A DNA stretch of 64,000 bases from an uncultured Holophagales bacterium (GCA_963842525.1 CAWJGT010000009.1:32001-96000), one strand, 5' to 3'; positions 39,635 to 51,650 are shown, counted from the stretch's first letter. A program made the numbers and translations. The notes: a model not told the origin generated them from the letters alone.

Positions 39635-41887
39635 GAGGTACCTCCGAGGGTGAGGGCCAACAGGCGTTCCGGTGTGGCCGGGGTCTCGTTCGCCGGCAGC
39701 CCCGTGGCGTTCTCGATCGCCTGCAGGGTTGCCGGAGCGCCGCCGTCCATCGGCAGCTCGCCGACACCCTTGGCGCCGAACGGACCGCCCTCCCAGGATC
39801 GCTCCAGCAGATGGACGTCGATGCGCGGGCTGTCGCGGATCGTCGGGATGATGTAGGTGGCAAGCCGGTCGTTGAGATAGCGGCCGTCCTGGAGCTTCAC
39901 CTCTTCCATCAGGGCCCAGCCGAGGGCCTGCAGGGTGCCGCCCTCGATCTGGCCGGCGCAGAGGGTCGGGTGGATCGCCTTGCCGACCTCACAGACCGCG
40001 GTCGCGTGCACGGCGCGTACGGAGAGGGTGTCGGGGTCGACCTCCACCTCGACGACATCCGCGCCCCAGGCATAGGTGGGGTAGGCGGCTCCGCGGTAGG
40101 TGGACTCGTCGAAGGTCTGCCAGTCCGGCGGCTCGTGGCGCGCCGTGACCTCGACCGGACCGACCTCCTGCCGGTACGCCTTGGCCGCGTCGCGGAAAAG
40201 CTCGATCGGTCCATCAGGGCCGACGATCCAGCCGTCCCTCACCCCTGACCCCTCTCCCGCAGGAGCGGGAGAGGGGAAGCGCCAGGCGAGCACGCGGTTG
40301 CTCAGCTCGGCCACGGCGCGGGCGATGGCGCCGCCAACAATCATCGTGGTGCGCGAGGCGACCGTGGGGCCGGAATCGGGGACCTCGCCCGTATCCGGCT
40401 CGGCGAAGACGAGGTCCTCGGGCCGGACCCCGGCGGCCTCGGCCGCGATCTGGGGGAAAACGACGGCGCACCCCTGGCCCATGTCGGTCATGGCCGTGAG
40501 CACCTCGATCCGGCCGTCCTCCAGGAGACGGGCCGCGACCGGGGACCGCATCTTGCGCTCGCCGTTGCCGGTGAAGCCGGCGCCGTGGAAGTAGAGAGAC
40601 AGGCCGATGCCATGCCGGAGCTCGCCCGTCTCCGGCCTGTTTCCTGGCCTCCTCGTGGGCCTTCCAGCGGGCGCGGAAACCGGTCCGCCGCTCCGCCTCT
40701 TCCAGGCAGAGGCGAGCCGAGGTGCTGGGATCGAGCACCTGGCCGGTGGGCAGCCGGTCTCCCGGCTCGACGACGTTGCGGGCGCGGATCTCGAACGGAT
40801 CGAGCCCGAGATCGCGGGCGATGCGGTCCATCTGGCGCTCGATCGCGAATTCCACTTGCGGCGCGCCGAACCCCCGGAAGGCGCTGTTCGGCGCCGTGTG
40901 CGTGCGGAGCACCCGGCCACGGATGCGGGTTGCCGGCCAGCGGTAGGGGCCGAAGGAGTGGAGGATGGCCCGCGAGAGCACCACCGGCGACAGCGTCGAA
41001 TAGGCGCCGCCGTCGAAGAGGATCTCGGCGTCCATGGCCAGCAGGCGGCCGTCCCGGCCGACCCCGGTCCGGTGGCGGATGACGGCCGGGTGGCGCTTGG
41101 AGGTAGCGACGATGTCCTCGTGCCGGTCGTAGACGATCTTCACCGGCCGGCCGCAGGCGCGGGCGAGCAGCACGGCATGGAGAGCGATCGCGCTGGGAAA
41201 GTCCTCCTTGCCGCCGAAGCCGCCGCCCACCACCGAGGCGCGGACCCGCACCCGGTCCTCGGGCATTCGGAGCGCGTGGACCATGGCCTTGTGAACGTAG
41301 TAGGGGCACTGCATGGAGCCGAGGACGTGCACCGTCTCATCCTCGAACCAGGCAATCATCCCCTGGCACTCGATGTAGATGTGCTCCTGGTATCCGGTCC
41401 GGTACTCCCCCTCGATCACCCGGTCCGCGCCGGCCAGGGCGTCTTCGACGTCGCCGTCCTCCAGGCGCAGCTCGTAGAGCGGCGGCAGCTTTTCCGCGTC
41501 CTCGAGGGTCAGGACTGGATCGAGCGGCTCGTAGTCGACCTGGAACGCCGCCAGCGCCTGCCGCGCCGCGAGCCGCGTGGGCGCCGCCACCAGGGCGACC
41601 GGCTCGCCGACATGGAGGACGGTACCGTCGGCAAGGATCGGCCAGCCGTCATCCAGGAGCTGGATGCCGTTCGGACCTGGAAGGTCCGCGGCGGTCACGC
41701 AGACCGCGCCCGCGGGAGCGAGGGCCGGATCGAAACGGAGCGAACGGATGCGGGCGTGCGGATGCGGGCTGCGGAGCGTGGCGCCATGCCACATCTCCGG
41801 CAGGGAGACGTCGTCGACATAGCGCGCCGCTCCCGAGACCTTGGCGAAGCCGTCAGGGCGGGGAGGGCTCTGTCCGATGCCGCTCAT
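39631..41887 (-). CDS. Xanthine dehydrogenase molybdopterin subunit; frameshift near 40630
   Basis: VGGGFGGKED, KRHP, AFRGFGAPQ, DMGQG, DSGPTVASR, GQIEGG, GAKGVGELP. Confidence 0.92.
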
Positions 41888-44800
41888 GCGCCCGGAGTCT
41901 TGCGCAAGGTGGGTATGTCGCGCAAGGGCTCAGGGGCTTTCGTCGTGGCAGACGCCCGGAACGAGCACAGAGGCGCCTCCATCCACCATGAACACGGCGG
42001 ACACATTGCCGACCACGCCATCCCCAAGATCCCATTCAATGGAGCCGCTCTTGGCCTGTGCGGGCAGCCCAAGGCTCGAGGCCGGGAGTCGGAGGGAGCG
42101 CAAACTGATTGGGACGCTGATGTCGTCTTTTACGAGAGCACCGTCGGCCTCTCTGTATGCGCGGCCCGTGGCCGTAGTCCCAGTGTTGTTCTGTAGGTAA
42201 AAGACAAAGTCCGTCGTTGCATCCGAAGGCTCGCCCTCGAGAAAGCGGACATCCCAGAGCTGACAGAGCTGGGCCGGCGAGCGGCCGGGGCCGGCATCCA
42301 CCAGGGCACCGCCGGCTGCGTCGCCCTTGGAAGGGATGAGCACAAAGTCACCGCTGAGGGTCTGCCCTGTGCGCGTGACCTGTACGTATCCGGTTATCTT
42401 CCCTTGCCCCTGCTGGAAGACATCGCGCAGGTTGACCGTCCGCGTGGCGTGCCCGGCAAGAGCGAGGGTCTCAGGTGGCAAATTGCCTCCGTCTGAGAAG
42501 TACGTGTAAACGACGTCGATCTCGTCATCCGTCTCGTTGCGGACGGCAAAGAGAGTACTGACCCCGGACAGATTCTGTGGATCGACCTCGAAATACGGGA
42601 CGATCAGGGGCGAATCGGAGGATACCGGGATCTCCATCACGACAGAAACCAGGCACGGCCACTGCGTACCTGCCGGCCTTGTAGACGGCGGACACGTTGC
42701 CGACGATCCCTTCCGGGAATTCCCATTCAATGGAGCCGAAATTCGCCAGCAGCTCCACGTTATTGTCGAATTTCTCTTTAGTGGTCTTCCGGAAGGCTTC
42801 TGCGGAATTCTTTATCGAGATCGCCTGGACAAACTGGCCGGCCTCGTTGTACACCCTTCCCTCAACGAAGCTGTCTCCAAGGCTACCGGGCACGAAAAAG
42901 AGGAGCTCGGTGCTGCTGTCCAAAGCCGTGTCGTTCAGAAAACGGACGCTCCAACGCCGGCACAGCTCGGGAGGCAACCGCAAGGTATCAGTGGAGACGA
43001 GGGGCTCGCCGCTGGCAGGGCTATTTGCCGAATGGTATCGAAAGAAGTCGCCGCTCAGATCCGACGGCTCCGGCACAGCGCACCCTGTGCAATCGTCACA
43101 CTTCGTGCAATCGCTTATGGGGGTAATGCCTACGTGGCCACCCACACTGGTGGCAAGGAGCCTCGTGCCGATTGCCCTCGTCCCGATGCATGCGTGCTCT
43201 GAGGTCGATTGTCCCGGGAAATCATAGCGAACACAGACAGGATCTTCTGAGCGGTTCTTCACAGCGAAGAGAGCTTTATCGTCCTCCATCGAGAAGAAAG
43301 GCAAGACGAGCGGGGGAGCCTTGAGGACGCGAGTCTCGATGGTTGCGCTCGTGTTGTTCTCCGTGTAGGGATCGGGGGAACTAGCGGAAACGCTCGCGCT
43401 GTTTTCGAGCGGGGATCCAGCCTCAGGCAAAACCTCAACGGTGAGGGACAGGGTTTTTGGCAGAGTGTCAAGGTCGCAGGTGATGTCTGTGGTTCCGCTG
43501 CATTCATCTGCAGAAAGCTCGCTGACAAAAGTCACCCCTTGAGGCAGAGTATCCTTGACGCTCACTCCTGTAGCAGCCGTGCTCGGCCCGTGGTTGGCCA
43601 CCTCGATGGTGTAGCGGAGAAGGTCGCCTGCCACCACTGCCTCCACCTCGGCTTTCTTGGTCACGGCAAGGTCCGAATCGTTGGCCGTCGCCAGCGTGGT
43701 CGTCGCGTTGTCTTTGTTGTTGTCCGGGTTCGGATCCGTTGTCGTGGCGTTCACAGACGCCTCCGCAGTGGCGCTTCCGCGGCCGCTAGGTGTGCAGATC
43801 TGGACTTCGAAAGTCTTGGCCTTTTCAGCCTCCAGAGGGCCGATTGTGTACTGCACTATATTTACTAGTTCGCCGCTGCAAGCAAGAGAGGGCGTAACGG
43901 ACTAAGCTCCCTTCGGCAACATCAAGCTCGCCGTGACACCTGTGGCATCCGATGGACCCTTATTGGTCACGGTGAGGGTATACGCAACAAGATTGGGGCT
44001 GACCACCGCGTCCGGGGAATCGCTCAGGGTCACCGCGAGGTCCGCTTTTTGCGTCACCATCGTGGAAGCAATGAAGGTCGAGCTGTCGGGATCGTCCCTG
44101 CCTTTTACAGACGCAGTATTCTCGATGGTGCCCATGGCTCCTGCCGCCACCTTTGCGACGAAACTTGCGGTGAAGGTGTGGCGGGTCTCCAAAGGTCGAA
44201 CCGGGCAGCTCACCTTGCTCGGGTCACCGTCGTGTTTCGTACACCCATCTGGTGATGCCACGAACGTGAGTTCGTTGGGCAGCGCGTCGCGGATTGCGCC
44301 GCCCTGGGAGTCGGAGGGGCCGTTGTTCCTGACCTCCAGCTCGTAAAGCAGGTTCTCGCCGGCGTCCACGGAATCGGTGTTGGTTAATCCGAGCTTCGAT
44401 ACCGCCTTGGGGGTTTTCCCAACTAGTTCGAGGTCGGCAACAACCTTCACGCGGGTTTCCACAGGGCCGCTCGTGTTGTTGTCTTGCACGAAATCCGGCG
44501 CTTTACCAGCAACACTCGCTGTGTTAAAGATGATGGTTCCCGACGCCTCTGATGGCTTGACGGGAACCGTACAGGTCACAGTCTCAGATCTTCCCGGAGA
44601 GATAAGACCAAAGCTGCATGTCACAATAGTGGCAGCCCGTGGCTCGGTAGCAGTATTGTGAAGTTTCATTGGATCGAAGGTCAGCGTGCTCGTTACGGTT
44701 CCTTTTGACGATTCAGAAGGACCGTGATTGAAGACGGTGATCTGATACTTAAGATCCGTTCCCGCAACAACGGTTGTTGGATAGAAGTCTATGTTGACGG

Positions 44801-46098
44801 AGAGGTTCGCCCTGCGGAGAACACTGGTCTCGAAGGAAACCGAGTTGGCGCCGAGATCAGGATCGGGTTCAGGTTCGACAGCGGCCACCAGGATGGTGCT
44901 TTTTACAACGCTGTCGTCCTTCGCCGACGGCTCCACTCTCACGGTAAATGAGACCTCGGCGCTTTCATGGGCAGCAATCGTGGCGATTGTGGGGTTTGTG
45001 CAGAGAACTACTCCAACTTGTTGAGACTCGCATCGCGAGTTCGGTTTCACATCGCCCTGCAGTGCGTCGGTCATCACAACCCGCGTGGCGTCGGAGGGGC
45101 CGGCGTTGTGCACTCGGAATTTGTAGGTGAGGACCCTGCCAGCGACGACTGCTTCGGGCAGAGCAAGCGTCTCGATCGACAGATCGCTTATGGCGATGAC
45201 CTCTGTGGTCACTGTGTTGCTATTGTCGTCGGGAATGGGGTCACCCTCGTTGGCTTTCACACTTGCGGTGCTGGGCAGCACGTGTTGCCCTGCTTGGTTC
45301 AACTCGCCGCGGGTTGCCGGGTGCACCTTAACAGTGATCTCTATCGTTTGCGCCGAGGTATCGACCGCCAGGTTGCCGATGCTACACAAGACGGTCCGTC
45401 CACTCCCGGTGCAGTTGGGGCTTGCCGACACAAACTGGACCCCCTCGGGGAGGGTTTGCGTAATCTCCACTCCGGTAGCGTCCAGGGCTCCTCGATTGGT
45501 TACGGTCAGCCTGTACTTCAGGTCCTTGCCTGCCACGACGGTATCCGGAGAGGCGATGTCCAGCATCAGGTCGGGCGTCGGATTGTCGCCGGTGACCGTG
45601 AGCGTGTAAGCGCCACAGTGCTCGTCGCTCGTCGAGTCGACGACGAGGTAATAGATACCGGGATCGGGATCGTAGTGTGCCGCAGGGATCTCCTCGACTT
45701 GCGAGCCGATGAAGTCGGTCGAGTTACTGACGCAATTGCCATTCTCATCACTACATGACTTGATCAAGGCGAGCACGAGGTCGGCTGGTTTCTGAACGTC
45801 CAGGCGGAAGGCGACCCTATTCCCCTCATGCAGCCATACCTTGTAGATGGCGTCTTCGCCTGAGTACGTGACGTTCGGGATGGTGCAGGTCCCTGAGTTG
45901 TAGGAGGTCAAATTGGGCATCAAGCTGCAGGTGTCACTTTCGTGTTTGAAGTCAGGAGCAAGAACTTCGATCTGAGCGGGCGCATTGGGGGCAGGACACT
46001 CGTTCGAACGGTGCCTGGCTCCATGCTGGCGCGGCAAGGGCCGCATTGATCGCGAGTACCGCAAGGCCGAAAGTCCGAGGATTTCTGTGTGTTTCCAT
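41884..46098 (-). CDS. Giant secreted DUF11-repeat protein; frameshifts near 46005, 43900, 42630 and 41940
   Basis: Signal peptide METHRNPRTFGLAVLAINAALAAPAWSQA; six DUF11 repeats (DL...VVAG..L.Y...V.N.GPSDA); two ~190-aa C-terminal repeats. Confidence 0.78.
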
Positions 46099-46109
46099 CG
46101 TTCGCCATC

Positions 46110-47495
46110 CTAGAACCGGAAGCCCGAAGAAAGCGCGATCACGCTGACCCGCTCCGAATGATCGATGGCGGCGTCGATCTGGAGGCGTCGCAGCGCCATG
46201 CCAATGCCGGCCGTGTAGTGCATCTGATCGCCTTGGCGCCGAAACACCGCGCGAAAACCCACGTTGTCACCTTCGAACCGCAGGCTGTGATCCGGTTCGT
46301 ACCAGGCTCCTGCTCGTAACGTGAGGACCGGCCAGTGCCGGAGGAACGCGTATTCCATGCCGAGATGGAGCTCGTCGGCGTCATCGATCTCGAAGCGCTT
46401 CAGGTCCTGCACGAAGCGGTCCAACTCCTGCGGCGGCCCCGAAAAGAAAGTTTCCAGACCGAAGATATCGACGAAACCGTCCGTGAGCTCGGAATAGCGA
46501 ACGCGATCGTAATCGAAGGCCAGGCGGAAGGCGTCGCTGGGCCGGAACGCGAAGCCCACACCATAGACGTCCGGCACGTGGAAAACTGCTTGCTGAGCAC
46601 GTGGCGTAAACGGCAGCAACGCGCCAGGCTCGGATTGGCTGCGCGCCTGGAAGCTGAAGTCCGGCCCCTGCCGGTAGACGCCCCCGGCGCTCCACCTTTT
46701 CTGTGGGCTCTCCCAGAGAACGCCGGCGTTTACTCCCAAATCGTTGTCATCACCTTGTTGTGTCTGGGAGTTCACCAGCGGGTCGGAGGCGAAGTCGGGT
46801 GAGGCGGTCAGGTTTGGTAGATAGCGCAGGGCCGTGGAGTCGATGGCGAAATCGTAATAGGACACCGCCACGCCCAGCGAGAACCCGCCTCCCAGGCGGC
46901 AGGCAGCGGCGCCGCCATAGGCGGCCACCTCGACGTCCATGCGGTTGCGCAAGGCTGCGAGGCGGCCGTCGAGCGTTCCGGGGATGCCCAGCGGGTTGCG
47001 GCCACGGGTCAGGACCAGGTAGGCCCCAAAGGTGGAGAAATTCGCTTCAAAGTTCACCACCTCGTGGCGATACAGGGCGAAGGACCAGTTGCGGTAGGGA
47101 TGGACATACGAGAGGAAGGAAAGGCCCGTCACCTGATCCTCGGCCTGGCCATCGCGCAGGCCGGGGAGGGTGTCCTCACCGATCATTGTGATTGCCTGGC
47201 CCTCGATTCTGCCACGGTCGGTGAATTCATGGGTGAAGGTCCAATGCCGCGTTTCGATCAGGGCCTCGGGCGCGGTGATGGTGGTGAGCCCGGCCGGGTT
47301 GGTATAGGCGGCGCTGGCATCGAAGGCGAGGGCCAGGAAGGCGCCGCCGAGCGCCAGATTGCCGGCACCCGGTGTGGAAAAGTTGAAATAGACCCCGGCG
47401 TTGGTCTCGAGATTCGTCTGCGCTGCGAGCGGATGCTGCCAGAGAATGCAGAGCAGGACCGGCGCCAGGCGGAAGCGCATGCGGCCCGGGCTCAT
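46110..47495 (-). CDS. FadL/TodX-like outer-membrane beta-barrel
   Basis: FNFSTPGA.NLALGGAF.ALA.DASAAYTNPAGL; C-terminal aromatic GFRF. Confidence 0.85.
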   Translation of the reverse strand: MSPGRMRFRLAPVLLCILWQHPLAAQTNLETNAGVYFNFSTPGAGNLALGGAFLALAFDASAAYTNPAGLTTITAPEALIETRHWTFTHEFTDRGRIEGQAITMIGEDTLPGLRDGQAEDQVTGLSFLSYVHPYRNWSFALYRHEVVNFEANFSTFGAYLVLTRGRNPLGIPGTLDGRLAALRNRMDVEVAAYGGAAACRLGGGFSLGVAVSYYDFAIDSTALRYLPNLTASPDFASDPLVNSQTQQGDDNDLGVNAGVLWESPQKRWSAGGVYRQGPDFSFQARSQSEPGALLPFTPRAQQAVFHVPDVYGVGFAFRPSDAFRLAFDYDRVRYSELTDGFVDIFGLETFFSGPPQELDRFVQDLKRFEIDDADELHLGMEYAFLRHWPVLTLRAGAWYEPDHSLRFEGDNVGFRAVFRRQGDQMHYTAGIGMALRRLQIDAAIDHSERVSVIALSSGFRF

Positions 47496-48356
47496 CTAAG
47501 GTCCTTCCTGCTGGAGCCAGCATCGCCACCGCTGGCAGATTTCCTGGTCGGGATAGGGCTGGCGCCGTTTGGCCTCGCAGGCAGGTTTGAGCTTCTCCAT
47601 CCGCTGCCGCTCGGCCTGGACCTCCGGGCCTTGAAGCTGCTTCAACAGCGACTGATCGAGCTGATCACAAGCTTCTTGATAGCAGCCGAGATTGAAGAGG
47701 GCCTCGGCGAGGCGAAAGCGGGGGAGGTAGGGAGCGGGCCATCGGCCGGAGGTAAGGGTCGTCCGGCCGTCTTCTTTCCAGACCTGCAAAGCATCCCACA
47801 TCTTTTCCGCCGCCTTGTCCCACTCCTTCTTTTGAGAGGCCGCGAATCCTGCGCTGAAATAGGGATGCTGCTGTGGCCGCTGCTTGCTCTCGAGCTGCCG
47901 CCGGCACTCGCTGGTCAGCGAGCTGAGCTCCTGCGCCTTCGCCTTGTTTCTGACAGGCTCGTCGGAGCAGCTCGAAAGATAAAAATGCCGCAGCGCCTCC
48001 GGTACATCCTTGAGGTTGAGGTGGCATTTGCCGAGAAAATAGAAGGGCAGGAATGGATACTCGCCGAGGAATTGAACTGTAACGCTCCATGGACCCTTCG
48101 GGGCGGGGCACAGGGCCGCCGCTTCCTCGATCTCGGGAATTGCTTCGCGCCAATGCCTGCGGCCATACTGCTCCATGCCGGATGAATAGACCGTCTCGGC
48201 ACTCTCTTTGTCGCAACGTTCGCCTGGCGGGGCGGCATGGGCATTGCCAGGGAGGACGACCGATGAGAAAGCGAGGAGACACATCGCGAGGAGGATAGGT
48301 GCTACACGATCCTGGTCCGCGGATGTCGTACGTTCCAAGCACCGCATGGGCATCAC
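47496..48356 (-). CDS. Secreted TPR-like, Cys-rich protein
   Basis: Signal-like segment and two repeats of (Y/F)LP.(F/Y).L..(C/A)..NL. Confidence 0.65.
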   Translation of the reverse strand: MMPMRCLERTTSADQDRVAPILLAMCLLAFSSVVLPGNAHAAPPGERCDKESAETVYSSGMEQYGRRHWREAIPEIEEAAALCPAPKGPWSVTVQFLGEYPFLPFYFLGKCHLNLKDVPEALRHFYLSSCSDEPVRNKAKAQELSSLTSECRRQLESKQRPQQHPYFSAGFAASQKKEWDKAAEKMWDALQVWKEDGRTTLTSGRWPAPYLPRFRLAEALFNLGCYQEACDQLDQSLLKQLQGPEVQAERQRMEKLKPACEAKRRQPYPDQEICQRWRCWLQQEGP

Positions 48357-49063
48357 GGCTGAGACCCTCCGAAGAACTTGATGACCGCGGAGGTCGTGGC
48401 CAGGATGATCGCCACGAGGCCGACGGTTTTCGTCAACAACTCAAGGATTGTGGAATACTTCTTCGTGATCTTCTCAAAGATATCTGTTTCCCCGTCTTTC
48501 CGCGGTTTTTTCCCGGAAGGGGAAGACCATCGTTCACGCAAGGAGCCGCCAAGAAGGGCCGCGGTTACAAAGATGAGGGGTTGGCCGAACGCAAAGATCA
48601 AGAGGGCCAGGCCCCATTTGAACGTTGAATCCTCGAAGCTGGTGATCATGAGCCATATCGCAATAAGGTTGAGAAGGCCGAGGGTGACTCCGGAGAGCAG
48701 GTCGGACCGCGGGCTGCGGCGGCTCCAGACCAGGCCGACCAGGAGGCCCAACACGGCGGGAGGGAAGACGATGGCGAGAACCTTCGGCAAGTTGGGGTTG
48801 TCGACCGGCGGAGGCGGGGCGATGGTGATCAACAGATAGCCAGAGGTAAGAATGACGCCGAAGGCAACGGCGACGAACGCGACGAAGGAATAGGAAGGAG
48901 CCTCGGCCAATTTGGGGGCGGGTGCGGCGCTGAACGCCGCGACCTCCTTCTCTAAGGAGATCAGCCGCACCAACAGGGGCTTGACGAGGCTGAAGTCATG
49001 GCCGCAGTGGCGGCAGACGATTGCCTCATCCTTGATCTCTTCGGCGCAATAGGGGCATTTCAT
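48353..49063 (-). CDS. Zinc-ribbon membrane protein
   Basis: MKCPYCAEEIKDEAIVCRHCG followed by several TM helices. Confidence 0.85.
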   Translation of the reverse strand: MKCPYCAEEIKDEAIVCRHCGHDFSLVKPLLVRLISLEKEVAAFSAAPAPKLAEAPSYSFVAFVAVAFGVILTSGYLLITIAPPPPVDNPNLPKVLAIVFPPAVLGLLVGLVWSRRSPRSDLLSGVTLGLLNLIAIWLMITSFEDSTFKWGLALLIFAFGQPLIFVTAALLGGSLRERWSSPSGKKPRKDGETDIFEKITKKYSTILELLTKTVGLVAIILATTSAVIKFFGGSQP

Positions 49064-49176
49064 GGAAACGCCAGGTCCCGCTCACAAGCTTTCGTAATGA
49101 TTCAGTATAGCACGCGAAACGCGTCTCTCGGCCCGGTGCCGAGGAACGCAGGCCGCGAGAGGGGGAAAGGCCGATC

Positions 49177-49980
49177 CTACGCCGGTGGACGTGGCGCGAA
49201 GAGGTCGATCGGCACGCCGGTGCCGGAGCCGAAGTAGGAACGGGAGTTGGCCCTGGGGAGCGCGAAGCCGTTGATCGCGATGCGCCGTGGGGCGCCGCCG
49301 CGGTTTTCGGCGCTTCGGTGGACCACATAGGGGCCGAAGAAGGCGGCGCTTCCCGCTTTCAGCAGCGCAGGGACGCCGGGACGGTCGCAATAGCTGCGCC
49401 GCACCGCGGCGGGATCGAGGTGCCCCTGCTGGCCACTGCGCGGATAGAAGATCAGCGGACCGTTGTCGAGCGTCGAGTCGTCGATCGCGACGACGCTCTG
49501 GATGTAGCTCCCGCGCCCGTCGACATCGTGCCACTCGGGGGTGCCGTAGCGGCGGTGCTCGCTATCCTGATGGGGCTCGAACTCCAGCCCGTCGTTGGGG
49601 TACTTGGCATGGAGCTGGTTGAGCAGGTGGACCGCGCTCTCGGAGCCGAAAAGCTGGCCGACGATCGAGGTGAGCCGCACGTCCCGCCCGCAGTCGAGGA
49701 AGGCCGGCTCGCAACCGCCCGCCCAGACGACCCGTTGCAGCCGGGTCGACCCGTTCGAGCCGCCGAAGACGAACTGGCTCCCCTCGTGCTCGACCTTGCG
49801 CTCGCCCGCCCCGTCGCCGTTCGCGGGGAGCGCCGCAGCCAGCTCTTGCCCGACCGCCCGGAGCCGCTCGGCGGCCGCGGCCATGTCCGCCACCTCCTCG
49901 CGCGAGAAGAGGCCCTCGAGGATGAGGAAACCGTCGTCGTAGAAACGCCGGATGGCGACTGGCGAAATCTGTTGAATCAT
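49177..49980 (-). CDS. Phytanoyl-CoA dioxygenase (PhyH) family Fe/2OG enzyme
   Basis: FYDDGFLILEGLF, PHQD, AIDD...NGPL, VVHRS..N....RR. Confidence 0.9.
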   Translation of the reverse strand: MIQQISPVAIRRFYDDGFLILEGLFSREEVADMAAAAERLRAVGQELAAALPANGDGAGERKVEHEGSQFVFGGSNGSTRLQRVVWAGGCEPAFLDCGRDVRLTSIVGQLFGSESAVHLLNQLHAKYPNDGLEFEPHQDSEHRRYGTPEWHDVDGRGSYIQSVVAIDDSTLDNGPLIFYPRSGQQGHLDPAAVRRSYCDRPGVPALLKAGSAAFFGPYVVHRSAENRGGAPRRIAINGFALPRANSRSYFGSGTGVPIDLFAPRPPA

Positions 49981-50018
49981 AGAATGGCTATATGGTAACA
50001 CAAGCCGCGCGGGCGTGT

Positions 50019-50540
50019 CTACCGCCGGCGGTAGCGGAACTCGAGGGTGCTCGGCTTGCCGTTCTCCACGCGCTCCAGGAGGGCGATCAAATCCTCGCCC
50101 TGCTTGCGGTAGACGATCCGGATCGGGTTGGCCGGATCGCGGTTGTCGAAGACCGCCTCGCCGGGCCGGGAGGAGACGAGATGGAAGAGGATCGCGCCCT
50201 CCTTGTCCTCCCAGGCGACCAGGCCGGGCTTGAAGTGCCGGAGCTGCAGGACGACGCTCTCTCCGGCCGGCTCCAGGGCGAGGAGCTCGTAGACCACGAC
50301 CTTGCCGTCCTTCTTGATCCAGCGGAACGTGCCGAGCATGGCGCCGCCGGCGGGCGGGCTCCACTGCTCGTCGATGAAGTCTCCTCCGATCTCCCCCTGC
50401 CACGCGCCGGCGATCCAGGAGAAATCGGCCACCTTTGCCGCCGGGGGCCCGGCAGGGGGCGGAGTCTGGGGCTCGGCTGCCAGGACCGGGACAGCGGCGA
50501 ACAGGATCAGGGCGAGCAACGGGATGCAGCGGATCTTCAT
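50019..50540 (-). CDS. Secreted DUF6265-like protein
   Basis: Signal peptide; WIAGAWQG...EQWS.P.GG.M.G.FR, LRHF, FDN....P.RIVY. Confidence 0.8.
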   Translation of the reverse strand: MKIRCIPLLALILFAAVPVLAAEPQTPPPAGPPAAKVADFSWIAGAWQGEIGGDFIDEQWSPPAGGAMLGTFRWIKKDGKVVVYELLALEPAGESVVLQLRHFKPGLVAWEDKEGAILFHLVSSRPGEAVFDNRDPANPIRIVYRKQGEDLIALLERVENGKPSTLEFRYRRR

Positions 50541-50682
50541 GGGCTCCTCTCCTCCTCGCTCCGTAGACGAACGAGCCGGCCGGAAATCGACCGAGGCGAT
50601 CTACTTCGCAGCCGGCTTCACCAGCTCTTCGAGCAGGTCGTTCGAAGGCGGGATTCTAGCCGAACACTGGGCGGAAGACGGC

Positions 50683-51282
50683 TCAAGGCCGTGCTGACCA
50701 GGGCGTCACCGTGCCGATGATGAAGCGAGGAACCCTCATCTCTATCGCCGTCATCACGCCTTCGCAGACCTCTCGGTGAGTCAGCCACCGGGAGCCCTCA
50801 GGGCCCTGGACGAATCCGAGGATGACCTCGTGGTACTCGATACGGGGGAACTGTTCGAAGCTCGTGCGCCACCCCCGTTCAGGGCTCGCGGGATCGACGG
50901 CCTGGCTGCTCAGCAGGTGGAAGTACGGGCAGGCTTGGACCGGGGTTGCCACTGCCCCGGCGATGGCGAGAGGTGCCTCCGGGGCGGTGCTGTGGATCCA
51001 GACTACGCATGGCCCGATCGGCCCGAAGCGCTGCCGCGCCTGCAGCAGCGCCTGGAGCAGCCCTCTGGTGTCGCGATAGTCGACCGAGATCGGGTGGATC
51101 CGACAACCCCCACCCGCCCTTGCCTCCTCCTGCAGCGACGAGAGCCTCTCCCGCTTACGCCCCACGACGGAGACCACGTCCGCCCGTAGCGCCAGGGCGA
51201 GAGACACTCCCTTCAACATGCCTGTCCCCCCCACGACCAGAGCATGACTCCCAAGCCGCGGATTTGACTTCATTTCTGCCAT
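50683..51282 (-). CDS. Short-chain dehydrogenase-like protein
   Basis: HALVVGGTGML, VDYRD, VVWIH, VILGF....SRWLTH.EV..GV, IGTV.PW..RP. Confidence 0.82.
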   Translation of the reverse strand: MAEMKSNPRLGSHALVVGGTGMLKGVSLALALRADVVSVVGRKRERLSSLQEEARAGGGCRIHPISVDYRDTRGLLQALLQARQRFGPIGPCVVWIHSTAPEAPLAIAGAVATPVQACPYFHLLSSQAVDPASPERGWRTSFEQFPRIEYHEVILGFVQGPEGSRWLTHREVCEGVMTAIEMRVPRFIIGTVTPWSARP

Positions 51283-51299
51283 AGCCGACAGGGCTCTCC

Positions 51300-51328
51300 T
51301 TGACGAGCTCCAAAGTTTATTATAGAAT
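51300..51328 (+). promoter_or_regulatory. Sigma70-type promoter for the peptide operon
   Basis: TTGACG-N17-TAGAAT in an AT-rich patch about 90 nt upstream of the peptide ATG. Confidence 0.7.
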
Positions 51329-51416
51329 ACTCTTGCAGCCTGTTGAGTATAGCCAATTGGGGAAATCTTTATCTCCGGGCATGGTGCCCGGATGACGCGC
51401 TCGGAAAGGAGCCCAT

Positions 51417-51650
51417 ATGGCTGCCCAAAAGAACCAGTACCAGACCGGGACGGCTCGGCGCCCTCGCTTCTGCGTTGTGGCCGAGAGGTCGCTTGCCGTC
51501 TTCAACGAACGTTCGGAGGATGAGATCGTGCGAGCCCAGGCGCAGTTCAGCGACGACATGGTCAGCGCGCTGGAGTCGATGGTCAAGGCGGCTCGGGCCG
51601 GCCAGCTCGAGGGCCGGGCGGCGCTCGCGCTGGAGGCCGTTGCCTGGTAA
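51417..51650 (+). CDS. 77-aa small protein, putative precursor/scaffold peptide ending in ALEAVAW
   Basis: AAAGGAG RBS at 51405-51411; first gene of the operon; followed by a stem-loop. Confidence 0.75.
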   Translation: MAAQKNQYQTGTARRPRFCVVAERSLAVFNERSEDEIVRAQAQFSDDMVSALESMVKAARAGQLEGRAALALEAVAW

